From positions 1-50,279 of the forward strand of contig JBHLNS010000022.1 of NCBI GenBank assembly GCA_048941285.1: a stretch of DNA of 50,279 nucleotides, in the 5' to 3' direction. This stretch comes from Promethearchaeota archaeon (GTDB lineage Archaea; Asgardarchaeota; Lokiarchaeia; Sigyniarchaeales; SOKP01). Positions within the stretch are counted from its first letter, which is position 1; each line of letters starts with the position of its first letter. The position numbers were made by a program, and so were the translations under genes. Below are positions 28,137 through 37,758 of this stretch, one piece after another. Under the pieces are notes generated by a model, which did no database searches, was not told the DNA's origin, and was given only the letters and a program-made list of their open reading frames with translations.

Positions 28137-28227
28137 TCTTAGCACTAAATTCCTTTTTATTTTTTAAATGATATTCTAATTATACTAATTTAATTATATC
28201 TATATTTATTAATGAGGTGAGATTTTC

Positions 28228-29025
28228 ATTTTAGAAAAAAATTTTAAGCAGATTTTATGTAAATTTGAAGATGGAATATTTTATATAACGATTAATCGCC
28301 CAGATAAATTGAATGCTTTACAGTATCCTTTATTAATGGAAATTGTAGATGTATTGGAAAATCTTAAAAAAGAGAAATCAGTTCGAGTAATTGTTATAGA
28401 AGGCAGTGGTAAAAGTTTCTGTTCTGGTGATGATATGATAAGTATGGGACCAGACGGTGTTAAATTCGAACCCTTAGGGGATGGTTCTAAAATGCCCCAT
28501 CATAAAGTAGTTCGTTTAATCCGAGAAATACAAAAACCTATTATAGCATTATTGCACGGGTATTGCTTGGGCGCAGGATTTGATATTGCCTTGGCTTGTG
28601 ATTTTAGATTAGCTGCTGATGATTTGAAAATTGGGGATCATCGTACTACAAGAGCTCATTGTGTATTAAGTGGAGCAACCTGGTTTCTCCCTAGACTTGT
28701 TGGTTTTGGACGAGCAACAGAAATAATTTTAACAGGACATCATCTTAGTGCGAAAGAAGCTTTAAATATTGGATTAATTAATCAAGTTTATCCCAGTGAA
28801 ATATTCAAGCAAAAATCGTTAGAATTTATAAAAAAGATAGCAAACTTACCAACAAAGTGTCTTGGATATAATAAAGCTATGTTAAATTTTTCACAATTTA
28901 ATGAACTTTTCCCATCATTACAAAATGAATTCAGATTATACTGTAAAAATATAAGAACTTATGATTTTGGGGAAGGAATGAAATCTTTTATAAAAAAAAG
29001 AGAACCAAGATTCAAAGGGAGATAA
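28228..29025 (+). CDS. Enoyl-CoA hydratase/isomerase family protein
   Basis: Frame extends upstream of the track start through ITINRPDKLNAL. FCSGDD, HGYCLGAG, ALACD and KKREPRF.GR present. Start inferred at ATT 28228. Confidence 0.88.
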   Translation: MLEKNFKQILCKFEDGIFYITINRPDKLNALQYPLLMEIVDVLENLKKEKSVRVIVIEGSGKSFCSGDDMISMGPDGVKFEPLGDGSKMPHHKVVRLIREIQKPIIALLHGYCLGAGFDIALACDFRLAADDLKIGDHRTTRAHCVLSGATWFLPRLVGFGRATEIILTGHHLSAKEALNIGLINQVYPSEIFKQKSLEFIKKIANLPTKCLGYNKAMLNFSQFNELFPSLQNEFRLYCKNIRTYDFGEGMKSFIKKREPRFKGR

Positions 29026-29080
29026 GAATTATTTTTTAGAGATTATCCAAGTTTAAAATTTACTATTAATTTCTAATGAT

Positions 29081-30343
29081 ATGAAACTTACAAAAGACAT
29101 ACAAGACTTTTTAATAAATGAAGCTTTAGAACGATTTTTAAGATATTTGAAAGTATGGACTACCTCAGATGAGAGTGTAGAAATGGTTCCTTCAACGAAA
29201 AACCAATTAGATCTTGGAAAATTATTAGTAGAAGAATTAAAGGAATTAAAGCTAGAAAATATTGTTCATGATGAATATGGATTTGTCTATGCCTATTTAC
29301 CACCAAGTAAAGGTTTTGAAAAGGTGCAAACCATTGGTTTATTGGCTCATGTTGATACTTCACCTGCAGTAAGTGGAAGAAATGTAAAACCTGTAATTCA
29401 TCGAAATTATGATGGAAAAGCCATAAAATACGCTCAAAATAAAGACCTTGTCTTAAGTTTTAAAGATTCTCCTAATTTAGAAGATTATATTGGTCTTGAT
29501 ATAATCACTTCTGAAGGAGATACGCTTTTAGGTGCTGACGACAAAGCTGGTGTTGCTGAAATAATGACAGTATGTGCTGCATGGAAAAAATTTGATGAGT
29601 TAAAACATGGTCCATTAGTCATTTGCTTTACTACAGATGAAGAAACTGGATTAGGGATTGATAAAGCAGATTTAAAGAAACTTCCTAAAATTTGTTATAC
29701 AATAGATGGAGGTGAAATGGGTGAACTAGAATTTGAATGTTTTGATGCTTGGTTAGCAAAAACTAAATTTGTAGGTTTGAATGTTCACCCTGGAAAGGCA
29801 AAGAATAAAATGATTAACGCAATACAAATTGCATGTAGGTTTTTTAATGATCTTCCTGAATCTGAATCGCCTTCATATACAGAGGAAAGAGAAGGATTTT
29901 TCCATTTAACAAAACTAGAAGGAACTGCGGAAGAAGCTAACTCAAGAATGCTAATTAGAGATTTCATAGAAGAAAATAACCATAGAAGAATGGATTATTT
30001 AAAAAATCTAAAGAATGCATACGAAATTCGTTATCCGGGTCTAAAAATAGAGATTAATTTTAGACATCAATACCAAAATATGGTCAAGTACCTAGAAAAA
30101 AAACCTAAGGCGGTTGATTTAGCTAAACAAGCAATTGAAAAGGCGGGATTGGAAATTAAAATAAATCCTATAAGGGGAGGTACAGATGGAGCCCGTTTAA
30201 GTGCCAAGGGTATTCCAACACCAAATATATTTTCTGGAGGTTTATTGTATCATTCAAGAAAAGAATACATCCCAACTATAGCTTTACAAAAAGCCTCTGA
30301 AGTATTAATATACTTAGCTGAGCTTTGGACACAACAATCATAG
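29081..30343 (+). CDS. pepT: Peptidase T (M20 tripeptide aminopeptidase)
   Basis: AHVDTSP, LLGADDKAG, DEE.G, TIDGG, HPG.AK.KM.NA, IRGGTDGA.LS. Confidence 0.95.
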   Translation: MKLTKDIQDFLINEALERFLRYLKVWTTSDESVEMVPSTKNQLDLGKLLVEELKELKLENIVHDEYGFVYAYLPPSKGFEKVQTIGLLAHVDTSPAVSGRNVKPVIHRNYDGKAIKYAQNKDLVLSFKDSPNLEDYIGLDIITSEGDTLLGADDKAGVAEIMTVCAAWKKFDELKHGPLVICFTTDEETGLGIDKADLKKLPKICYTIDGGEMGELEFECFDAWLAKTKFVGLNVHPGKAKNKMINAIQIACRFFNDLPESESPSYTEEREGFFHLTKLEGTAEEANSRMLIRDFIEENNHRRMDYLKNLKNAYEIRYPGLKIEINFRHQYQNMVKYLEKKPKAVDLAKQAIEKAGLEIKINPIRGGTDGARLSAKGIPTPNIFSGGLLYHSRKEYIPTIALQKASEVLIYLAELWTQQS

Positions 30344-30357
30344 ATTTCTTTATTTTT

Positions 30358-31161
30358 TTATTTTTTCAGTCTTTTTATACTGGCTAATGCAATTTCTCCC
30401 TCTAGGTTAACACAATTTTTATACCTATTATCTTTCCAAGAAATGTTCCATCCATCGAGAGGATTATAATAACTATAAAAAATCGCACCAAATTTAATAT
30501 TATTTTTATTGCATATTGTAGCTAACACATTAACCTCTCCATTTTCCATTGAAATACATCCCTTTTTCTGTAATTGTAATATTTCTTGTTTATTTATTCG
30601 ATAGAATGCTTCCTTACTATAATTTTTTCCTAAATGATAACTTTTAACTCTTTTTTTTGTCTCCTCAGTGAGGATATTAATAATTTCTTTATTTATTTCA
30701 ACTTCTTCATTTGACTTTCTTCCATAATGTAAGGATGTTCCATCTAATCCTAGACTGTGTGTAGGAATAATGTAATCAAGCAATTTTACTTTTTCACCTA
30801 TACCCCATGAGCCACAAACAAGGAGGATTGTTTTAGCACCACAATAGATCAAATCTTCTGCATTTGAGGCCATTAATGAAGCACCCATTGGAGGTAATAT
30901 TACAGATAGGGAAATATCTTCATATTGCCCTCGATATAATCTCCCCCCACCATAGGGATGATATGATAATAACCATTCTGATTCTTTTAGATTAGTAATT
31001 TCTTTTAGATAATTCAATAATCCCTCAGAGAAAATGATCATCACTATGGGATCGACTTCAAAATCTTTCATATTTTTATTACCTACAACTATAGCTGTTT
31101 GAACTACGTCTTTAGAAGTAAGACAAAAAATTTTTTTCATTTGTATTATCACCTTAAACAC
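30358..31161 (-). CDS. Nucleoside phosphorylase (PNP/UDP) family protein
   Basis: MGAS....EDL...GAK.I..CGS.G, DGTSLHY, EAFYR and SMEN motifs. Start possibly ATG 31140. Confidence 0.75.
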   Translation of the reverse strand: MFKVIIQMKKIFCLTSKDVVQTAIVVGNKNMKDFEVDPIVMIIFSEGLLNYLKEITNLKESEWLLSYHPYGGGRLYRGQYEDISLSVILPPMGASLMASNAEDLIYCGAKTILLVCGSWGIGEKVKLLDYIIPTHSLGLDGTSLHYGRKSNEEVEINKEIINILTEETKKRVKSYHLGKNYSKEAFYRINKQEILQLQKKGCISMENGEVNVLATICNKNNIKFGAIFYSYYNPLDGWNISWKDNRYKNCVNLEGEIALASIKRLKK

Positions 31162-31221
31162 CCAATAATCAAATTTATTTAACTATTTAGGTGTGGAGTC
31201 TAATAATACTTGATATCAAAA

Positions 31222-32436
31222 TCATTTCTTAAGAATCTTAGAAAAATCAGTGATAGTAAATATAATAATACATATCAATAAAAGGATTGAAATATAAGTA
31301 AAAGCCCATGTATAAGAGAGATCATAAATTAAGCCGAAGATAAAAGATTCCGCCATAGAGATAAGCCCTACAGAAAAATAATAATATCCATAAGCCCTAC
31401 CTCTTTTACTTTTACCTGCTAAGTCAGCAATGTAAGCTCTCGATATTGGATCTACAGATGCTTGGTAAAAACCGTACATTACAAATACTATGATAATGAT
31501 GATTAATGAAAAGAGAGATACGTCTATTGGAATCGCTAAAATAAGACAGGATATAAGCAGAATGCTTAAACCTATATCTATTACTTTCTTTCTTCCAATT
31601 CTATCAGAAAGTATTCCAGTAATTGGTGAAAATATTGTATAAACAATATTGCTTAATAGATATAAAATTGGTATGAAAAATATGAAATTAACAAAACCAC
31701 CAGCTCTAATTTGGAGAAAAGCAATGTCTAAACTAGCAAATTCAATGACGCCTAATATGATAATTAATTTAATGAATTTTTTACTCAATTTCTCCATTTT
31801 TGGTTTTTCACCAACAATTCCAAGCTTTTCTTCTAACTCGTTTGGATTTACATCTTTTATAGTAAAAATGAGAATTATCGCGAGAAAACCAGGGATAATG
31901 GAAAAAAATATTATTTGAGAATAACTCCAACTTAAAAATAAGAATAAAAATGCTAAAAATGAACCTAAAACAGCACCTAAAGTATCCATAGCCCTATGCA
32001 TTCCAAATGACTTTCCTTGTTCTTTAGCGTAATAAGATATTAGGGTATCTCGAGAAGATGTTCGAAGTCCTTTACCAAGACGATCAATAGATTTTAACCC
32101 TAATATGTACCCCCAAGAAGGACTAAATGCCATGAATGGTTTAGAAAGATTTGATATTGAATATCCCACTACAATAAATGGTTTTCTTTTATTAATTCTA
32201 TCACTCATCCACCCAGAAACTCCTTTTAATATATTCGATATTGCCGTTGTAAAGCCAGTAATTAATCCTAAAATTACTCCAGTTCCTCCAACTTCTAAAA
32301 TAAAATATGGGAGTATGCTTTGAATCATTTCACTTGAGACATCAGTAAAAAAAGACACAAGTCCCATTATAAAAATCGGAATTGTAACTCCTAAAATAAG
32401 CCTAACAGCTCGAGTAGACTTATCTTTTTCTGCCAT
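31222..32436 (-). CDS. MFS transporter
   Basis: About 12 TM segments; SFFTDVSSEMI, G..SDR..KRK, DRLGKG.R, G.HRAMDT.GA. ATG 32436 preferred. Confidence 0.9.
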   Translation of the reverse strand: MAEKDKSTRAVRLILGVTIPIFIMGLVSFFTDVSSEMIQSILPYFILEVGGTGVILGLITGFTTAISNILKGVSGWMSDRINKRKPFIVVGYSISNLSKPFMAFSPSWGYILGLKSIDRLGKGLRTSSRDTLISYYAKEQGKSFGMHRAMDTLGAVLGSFLAFLFLFLSWSYSQIIFFSIIPGFLAIILIFTIKDVNPNELEEKLGIVGEKPKMEKLSKKFIKLIIILGVIEFASLDIAFLQIRAGGFVNFIFFIPILYLLSNIVYTIFSPITGILSDRIGRKKVIDIGLSILLISCLILAIPIDVSLFSLIIIIIVFVMYGFYQASVDPISRAYIADLAGKSKRGRAYGYYYFSVGLISMAESFIFGLIYDLSYTWAFTYISILLLICIIIFTITDFSKILKK

Positions 32437-32504
32437 AATTTGAAAAATTTTTTTAGTAGAATAAATATAATAAAAATAATTGAATAAAATAAATTGTGAT
32501 TTCA

Positions 32505-33191
32505 ATGTCGGATGATGATAAAACCTTAAATGTTATTGATGAGGCAATTCGAGCAGCTGAATCAAGTTTCAAGGAATTTATTGAAGCACTTGAAACTTCA
32601 AGAACTGCCTTATTAAAACTTGAAAGTGATAAAGAAGAATTAAGTAAGACTAAGGAGACACTTGAAGATGAAAAAAAGCTGTTAGAAGAAGAAAAAAGCA
32701 AATTAGAAAGCGAGAAACAAAATTTAGAGCTAGAAAAAAAAAAATTAGAAGATGCAACCAAAAAACTTGAATTAGAGAAGCGAGAAAGAGATCAAAGAAT
32801 TGGTTCTTTAACTGAAGAGCAAATGAAATTATTAGATGAGTATCAAAAAGTTAAAGTAGAATTATCGAAATTTATGAAAGCTGCAGAGGAAGCTGAAGAA
32901 GCAGAATATAATTTTGAAAGAGTTCGTGCCTTACTCTCTATATATACTGTATTAGTTTCAGAAATATGGGCTGGACAAGCCCATTACAGAATACTTCTTA
33001 CATTACATGGAGATAAAGAAGTTATGACGAGAGATGAATTAAAAACAACTCTAGGGATAGGTGGTGCTTTTGTATTACATTCAGTACAGGAATTAGCTAA
33101 AGTAGGATTAGTAGATTATGATATGGATACTAGTACAGTAAAATTGACAAGCCGGTTATTTCCAAAAAAAGCATTAGAAGAAAAAAAGTAG
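32505..33191 (+). CDS. Coiled-coil protein with C-terminal winged HTH
   Basis: About 8 heptads of the LE.EK.. type, then RILLTLH....TRDELK..LG.......VQEL...GLV.Y. Confidence 0.7.
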   Translation: MSDDDKTLNVIDEAIRAAESSFKEFIEALETSRTALLKLESDKEELSKTKETLEDEKKLLEEEKSKLESEKQNLELEKKKLEDATKKLELEKRERDQRIGSLTEEQMKLLDEYQKVKVELSKFMKAAEEAEEAEYNFERVRALLSIYTVLVSEIWAGQAHYRILLTLHGDKEVMTRDELKTTLGIGGAFVLHSVQELAKVGLVDYDMDTSTVKLTSRLFPKKALEEKK

Positions 33192-33215
33192 AATTTCTTA
33201 AAGTTTACAAACTTT

Positions 33216-34262
33216 TTATTTAGTAATAACCATCTCGTGAAGTGTAAGTCCTTTTTCTGAGTAAATTTTCCCATCAATGTGTATAATAAGTTGAAATTTA
33301 GAATTTAATCGAAAATAGCCTGGTTTTAACTTTAATAGATTTTTGGCAAAGAAGCGTGTAATGGGTCCTAATTCATAAAGTAAATTATCAGCATCAATGA
33401 TCTCTTGGACTTCAAGGATAATTTCATGACGATTTTTAAAGGTAAATTTTAGAGATTTCGGATATTTATTTCCAGCTTTTGCATTGTATTCAAAATGATC
33501 TTGTAGGAGTTCATATTCCCCAGTACTGATAATTACATTTTCGTTTTTTGCGAGCATTAGAACTTTGATTGGATAATTTTCCATTTTCTTATTGCATTTA
33601 ATGTAAGCAAAAATAGCAGTGAAGTTATCAGAATATATTCTCCCCCAATACCAATAGTCTATTATCATAGCAAAATTAAAATTTAACCAATTATGATCAT
33701 GATATCCAATACCCTTTACTTGAATGGTTTCATTATCAACCCTAATAGTACCTTCAACATCTGCTCTGGGTAGAGCTACAACCCAACCAAATTGATTTGC
33801 TTTACCAAACTCAATATACCCTTTTCCAGGTTTCCAACCACATACTTTTGCAGTATATTTTAAATGAAGACCGTATTCTCCCTCATCTAGGAAAATTTCG
33901 TAGCGGGGTAATTTTTCATCTAAATAATCAACTTTTATAAAATTCCTACCAATTTGAACATCTGGTAGATCATATGAAGCAATAAAATCAGAAGGAATGT
34001 AGTCTACCACTCTCTGTATTTTCTCTCCATTAGGCTTATAAATCGTAATCTCTACTCCGGTTTTTCCAGTTCTTTCGTGTTTTGCTCGAAAAAATCCTAC
34101 AACTGTAAACCCATTATCAAGACGAGCATCAAAATACCACCATTCTCTTGTTCCTTTCTTTTCCATATCAATGTGTAGTGCATCATCTTTAGGTTGAATT
34201 GGTTCAATTCTACCATCCTTTCTGCCAGGTCCTAACCAGGCTTCTATAATTTTGGTATTCAT
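33216..34262 (-). CDS. CrtC/tocopherol-cyclase/AttH-like (lipocalin-fold) hydratase-family protein
   Basis: EWWYFD, G.GYHDHNW and W.WGR motifs. Confidence 0.75.
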   Translation of the reverse strand: MNTKIIEAWLGPGRKDGRIEPIQPKDDALHIDMEKKGTREWWYFDARLDNGFTVVGFFRAKHERTGKTGVEITIYKPNGEKIQRVVDYIPSDFIASYDLPDVQIGRNFIKVDYLDEKLPRYEIFLDEGEYGLHLKYTAKVCGWKPGKGYIEFGKANQFGWVVALPRADVEGTIRVDNETIQVKGIGYHDHNWLNFNFAMIIDYWYWGRIYSDNFTAIFAYIKCNKKMENYPIKVLMLAKNENVIISTGEYELLQDHFEYNAKAGNKYPKSLKFTFKNRHEIILEVQEIIDADNLLYELGPITRFFAKNLLKLKPGYFRLNSKFQLIIHIDGKIYSEKGLTLHEMVITK

Positions 34263-34304
34263 TATAAATCGTATTTCAATATTATATTTAATGTAATATT
34301 ATTC

Positions 34305-34721
34305 TTACTCGTTATAACTTGTTAAAAATCTAAATATCTTCAATAATATGAACAATTTTCTAATTCCACGTATTTTTATTTTACGGGTTAACCATTTTTT
34401 CGCGACACCAAACAGTGAAAGCCGATTCATTGCAATAGCAAGGAAAGTTTGTGTATCCATTTCTAAAAAACCATTCCATCCTACTTTTCGCTTCTTCAAG
34501 TTTTCTTTTGGTTTATTTGGAATGCTTTCTACCCTCAATAATCCCTTCTCAATTATAATTATTGCCGCATTTTTTAAATTCGATGCATTTAAAAGGAATT
34601 TAATAGTAAGATTTCCAAATTTTTCTCGAAACTTTCTATTTTCGTTCAAGGGTGCTAAGATACTATTAATTAGAACCGCAAATCCCCTAATTTTTTTGTT
34701 TTCTTGGTTTGATTCTGCCAT
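34305..34721 (-). CDS. SCP2 sterol/lipid-binding domain-like protein
   Basis: LEMD.QTFLAIA........W.T.KIKIRG pattern of the SCP2 C-terminal region. Confidence 0.6.
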   Translation of the reverse strand: MAESNQENKKIRGFAVLINSILAPLNENRKFREKFGNLTIKFLLNASNLKNAAIIIIEKGLLRVESIPNKPKENLKKRKVGWNGFLEMDTQTFLAIAMNRLSLFGVAKKWLTRKIKIRGIRKLFILLKIFRFLTSYNE

Positions 34722-34755
34722 ACTATTGCTAAAAAACTTGATTTTTTATTTTAAT

Positions 34756-36315
34756 TTATGGTGAAATGTAAAATCCAGAATCAGATATATTATTTGGGTC
34801 AAAAGTTTCTTTAATTTTTTTTAGCCATATATGATAGTTGGACATATGAGGCCCAAATAACTCATGCATACGCGTGCCTTCTACGAAAAATGGAGCACCA
34901 AGATGTTTTAATAAATCTAACTGATTACTTTTCTCCATATATTCAGCCATTCCTTTCACGCTATTCTTTTCTGTTTGATCAAACATAGTAGGAGACTCCA
35001 TATGAAAATAATGCCCGGATTCATATGATGTCATCCATGTACCCTCTCCAAAATCGTTCGCAATTGCTTTTTTCCTGATAAACTCTTGCTTTAGAGTGAT
35101 GTTTGATCTGGTGCTCCGAAGACATACCGCTGCTGTATCAGCAACTCCTTTAGAAGATTGAAACCCTCCAGTAGCTATAAATCCATGTAATCCTAGATTT
35201 GAACGGAGTGCTTCAGCAAAAAAGATTGGATTAGGTGAGTATACGCTTCCAATAATGTTTTTTAATTTAAAATTCTCAATTATAACATTCATTACTTTTT
35301 GTTTATATGTAAATTCTCTTTTTGTACGAGCAGTTATTAATACAACTAAAGGAGCTTTCAACTGCCCAATTGGAATTTTATCCATTAAGCTTTCAATCGA
35401 ATTGGAAAAGATAGCCATAACAGCAAAACCAGATAAATAACTGCACATAAAAGATATTTCTTGCTCTTCCACAGCTAGCATAACATTTTCGAGCTTTTTG
35501 AAATTTTTACAATTCAAAACATATAATTTCATAAAATCTGGAATTTCAAAATCATAATTGGGAGAATTTCCTTTAACTTTAAAATCAGTATTACATGGAT
35601 AGGGAAATAACTTTACAGCAACTTTGGTAAAAACCCCAAGTCCTGATTTGGTTCCTGCCCAACCGCGCATGATTCCTCTTAAACTTGGTCCTGGTCCATC
35701 ACCATGAAACCAGTCTGGGTTGTTTTTTAAACCATAAGATCCTAATCTCATAATATCACCATCTGGTAAAACCCATTCTACTGCTAAAACATTTCGAGCA
35801 CTGTGGCCTGTTGAAGGAGAGGTAAAACCAGGACCATTCATACTTGTTGCACTTGCTAAGGGGGATACTTGAGGACCTGCTCCAGGCATATGGCAATTAA
35901 GACCCATCTTCATAATCTCAGATTGTAATTGTGCCCCACTAACATAAGGTTCGATAACGGCATAAAGGTTTTTCTCATCAATTTTGACAATTCTATTCAT
36001 TCTGCGAAGATCGATTATTAGAGAATTATCTAATGAGGGTTGGTTCCAAGGACCAAGCCCCGTACTCTGAGCTTTGAATACAATTCTAAATTTGTTGCAT
36101 AATTTTATTAGTTTTTGGACCTCTTCAGTAGTTGATGGTAGTACAACTGCTTTAGGAATTGGAGAGAAAGGAATAGGATCTTTTGCTTCCATATAATTAA
36201 CAATTTCCATGCACCAGTTATAAGCATAAATATTTGTTATAACATCACCATCGTTGATGTTTCCTACTCCGACCACATCTTCAAATTCTTTAAATACATC
36301 TTTCTCTAATACCAT
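34756..36315 (-). CDS. FAD-binding oxidoreductase (VAO/GlcD family)
   Basis: PKAVVLPSTTEEVQ, IDLRRMNRI, VLAVEWVLPDG, G.LGVFTK, IKETFDPNNI. Confidence 0.88.
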   Translation of the reverse strand: MVLEKDVFKEFEDVVGVGNINDGDVITNIYAYNWCMEIVNYMEAKDPIPFSPIPKAVVLPSTTEEVQKLIKLCNKFRIVFKAQSTGLGPWNQPSLDNSLIIDLRRMNRIVKIDEKNLYAVIEPYVSGAQLQSEIMKMGLNCHMPGAGPQVSPLASATSMNGPGFTSPSTGHSARNVLAVEWVLPDGDIMRLGSYGLKNNPDWFHGDGPGPSLRGIMRGWAGTKSGLGVFTKVAVKLFPYPCNTDFKVKGNSPNYDFEIPDFMKLYVLNCKNFKKLENVMLAVEEQEISFMCSYLSGFAVMAIFSNSIESLMDKIPIGQLKAPLVVLITARTKREFTYKQKVMNVIIENFKLKNIIGSVYSPNPIFFAEALRSNLGLHGFIATGGFQSSKGVADTAAVCLRSTRSNITLKQEFIRKKAIANDFGEGTWMTSYESGHYFHMESPTMFDQTEKNSVKGMAEYMEKSNQLDLLKHLGAPFFVEGTRMHELFGPHMSNYHIWLKKIKETFDPNNISDSGFYISP

Positions 36316-37620
36316 TTATATGGCCTCCACAGGACTTTCTTTAGATGTTTTATTTGTTGAAGTTATTGCTCTTAGTAGAATTTCACTAATATCATAAAAC
36401 TTCAAATTTGAACCTTTTTCCGATAATCCATCTTTCATATTGGTAGAACAAAATGGACATGCAGAAATTATTACTTCTGCTCCCGTATCTTCTGCTTCTT
36501 CAATGCGAGTTTTAGCTGTTTCAAGAGCAAATTCTGGGAATGCAGATTTAACACCCCCTCCAGCACCACAACAATATGCGTATTCTTTAATTCTTTCCAT
36601 TTCAATAAGGTTAATCCCTGGTATTTTATTTAATAACTCCCTTGGAGAATCATATATTCCATTTTTTCCACACCTCTTTGGTTTTTCAGGCATATTAATA
36701 GAGACAAGAGGCATCATTTGTAATGCATCACCATCCCAAACTTCATATGGTTCAGAACAACGCCCTAAGTGACAAGGATCATGATAAGTTACCGTTAGTG
36801 GTACCTCTTTTATTAAATTTAATTGTCCACTATCGATTATTTCATTAAATAATTCTGTAGTATGAAGTATTTTAAACTTATAATCTCTTTCCAGAGGATA
36901 ATCGACTTTAAACGTGTCATAACATCCAGCACAACTAAAAACAATTGTTTCTATCTTTTCTTTCTCAATTATATCAAGATTTTTATTTAACTGATCTATA
37001 AATGAATTTTTATCACCAGATTTTAAGATTGGGCTTCCGCAGCAATATTCATTATCACTAAGAATTTTAAATGGATAGTTTGCAGCATTCATCACTCGTG
37101 CAGTAGCAATCGCAATTTCTTTTCTCCTGTAGGATGAGGTGCATCCAACAAAATATAAGGTTTTTGCGTTAGGATCAATCTTAACATCATTTGGCAACCA
37201 ATCTAACCTTTTTTCGTGAGGTTCATTATAGGGATTATTTTTTTCTTTTATAGATTCAATATATTGCCTTTGTTTTGGCGTTGGCCCATACCCTAAAGAT
37301 ACCAATTTTTCTCGGAGTTTAATGATGATTTCAAGTGGTTCCAAAGTATTTAGGAATTTACACGAGACAGCGCATCCACCACATTCAGTGCATTTATACA
37401 CAATATCCACTAATTCTTGTGATGGTTTTATTCTCCCCATCTCTAGCATTAAAGCGATTATTATACGCCCACCTGCACTATATGCATGAAAATTAAACAT
37501 ATCGATTGAAGGGCAAATTGTTGCATACTTTTGGCTTTTTATTTGTAATTGTGGTATCCACTTGCAGATCGAGCATCGTAGGCAACGTTTTATCATTTGG
37601 TTATATTCTAACTCATTCAA
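36316..37620 (-). CDS. Fe-S oxidoreductase with CCG domains (HdrD/GlcF/GlpC-like)
   Basis: CxxCxxC...CP and CxxCxxCxxxC; FVGC, CCG, SCAGC, YHDPCHLGR, CCGAGGG, SACPFC. Confidence 0.9.
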   Translation of the reverse strand: MNELEYNQMIKRCLRCSICKWIPQLQIKSQKYATICPSIDMFNFHAYSAGGRIIIALMLEMGRIKPSQELVDIVYKCTECGGCAVSCKFLNTLEPLEIIIKLREKLVSLGYGPTPKQRQYIESIKEKNNPYNEPHEKRLDWLPNDVKIDPNAKTLYFVGCTSSYRRKEIAIATARVMNAANYPFKILSDNEYCCGSPILKSGDKNSFIDQLNKNLDIIEKEKIETIVFSCAGCYDTFKVDYPLERDYKFKILHTTELFNEIIDSGQLNLIKEVPLTVTYHDPCHLGRCSEPYEVWDGDALQMMPLVSINMPEKPKRCGKNGIYDSPRELLNKIPGINLIEMERIKEYAYCCGAGGGVKSAFPEFALETAKTRIEEAEDTGAEVIISACPFCSTNMKDGLSEKGSNLKFYDISEILLRAITSTNKTSKESPVEAI

Positions 37621-37758
37621 TAATGCAAGAACTCCCTAATTTATAAGATATAACTAGTCAAAATTGATTTTATGTAATTTTTCATCAAATAAATTAATAA
37701 CGATTAGAAAATCTAATATTATACATTATTATCAAACAAATTAAAAGAATAAATCATT

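Noticed and set aside
34348-34764. 138-aa + strand ORF opposite the SCP2-like gene
   Set aside because: The minus-strand ORF fits the operon orientation and has a domain-like pattern; this one is its antisense shadow.
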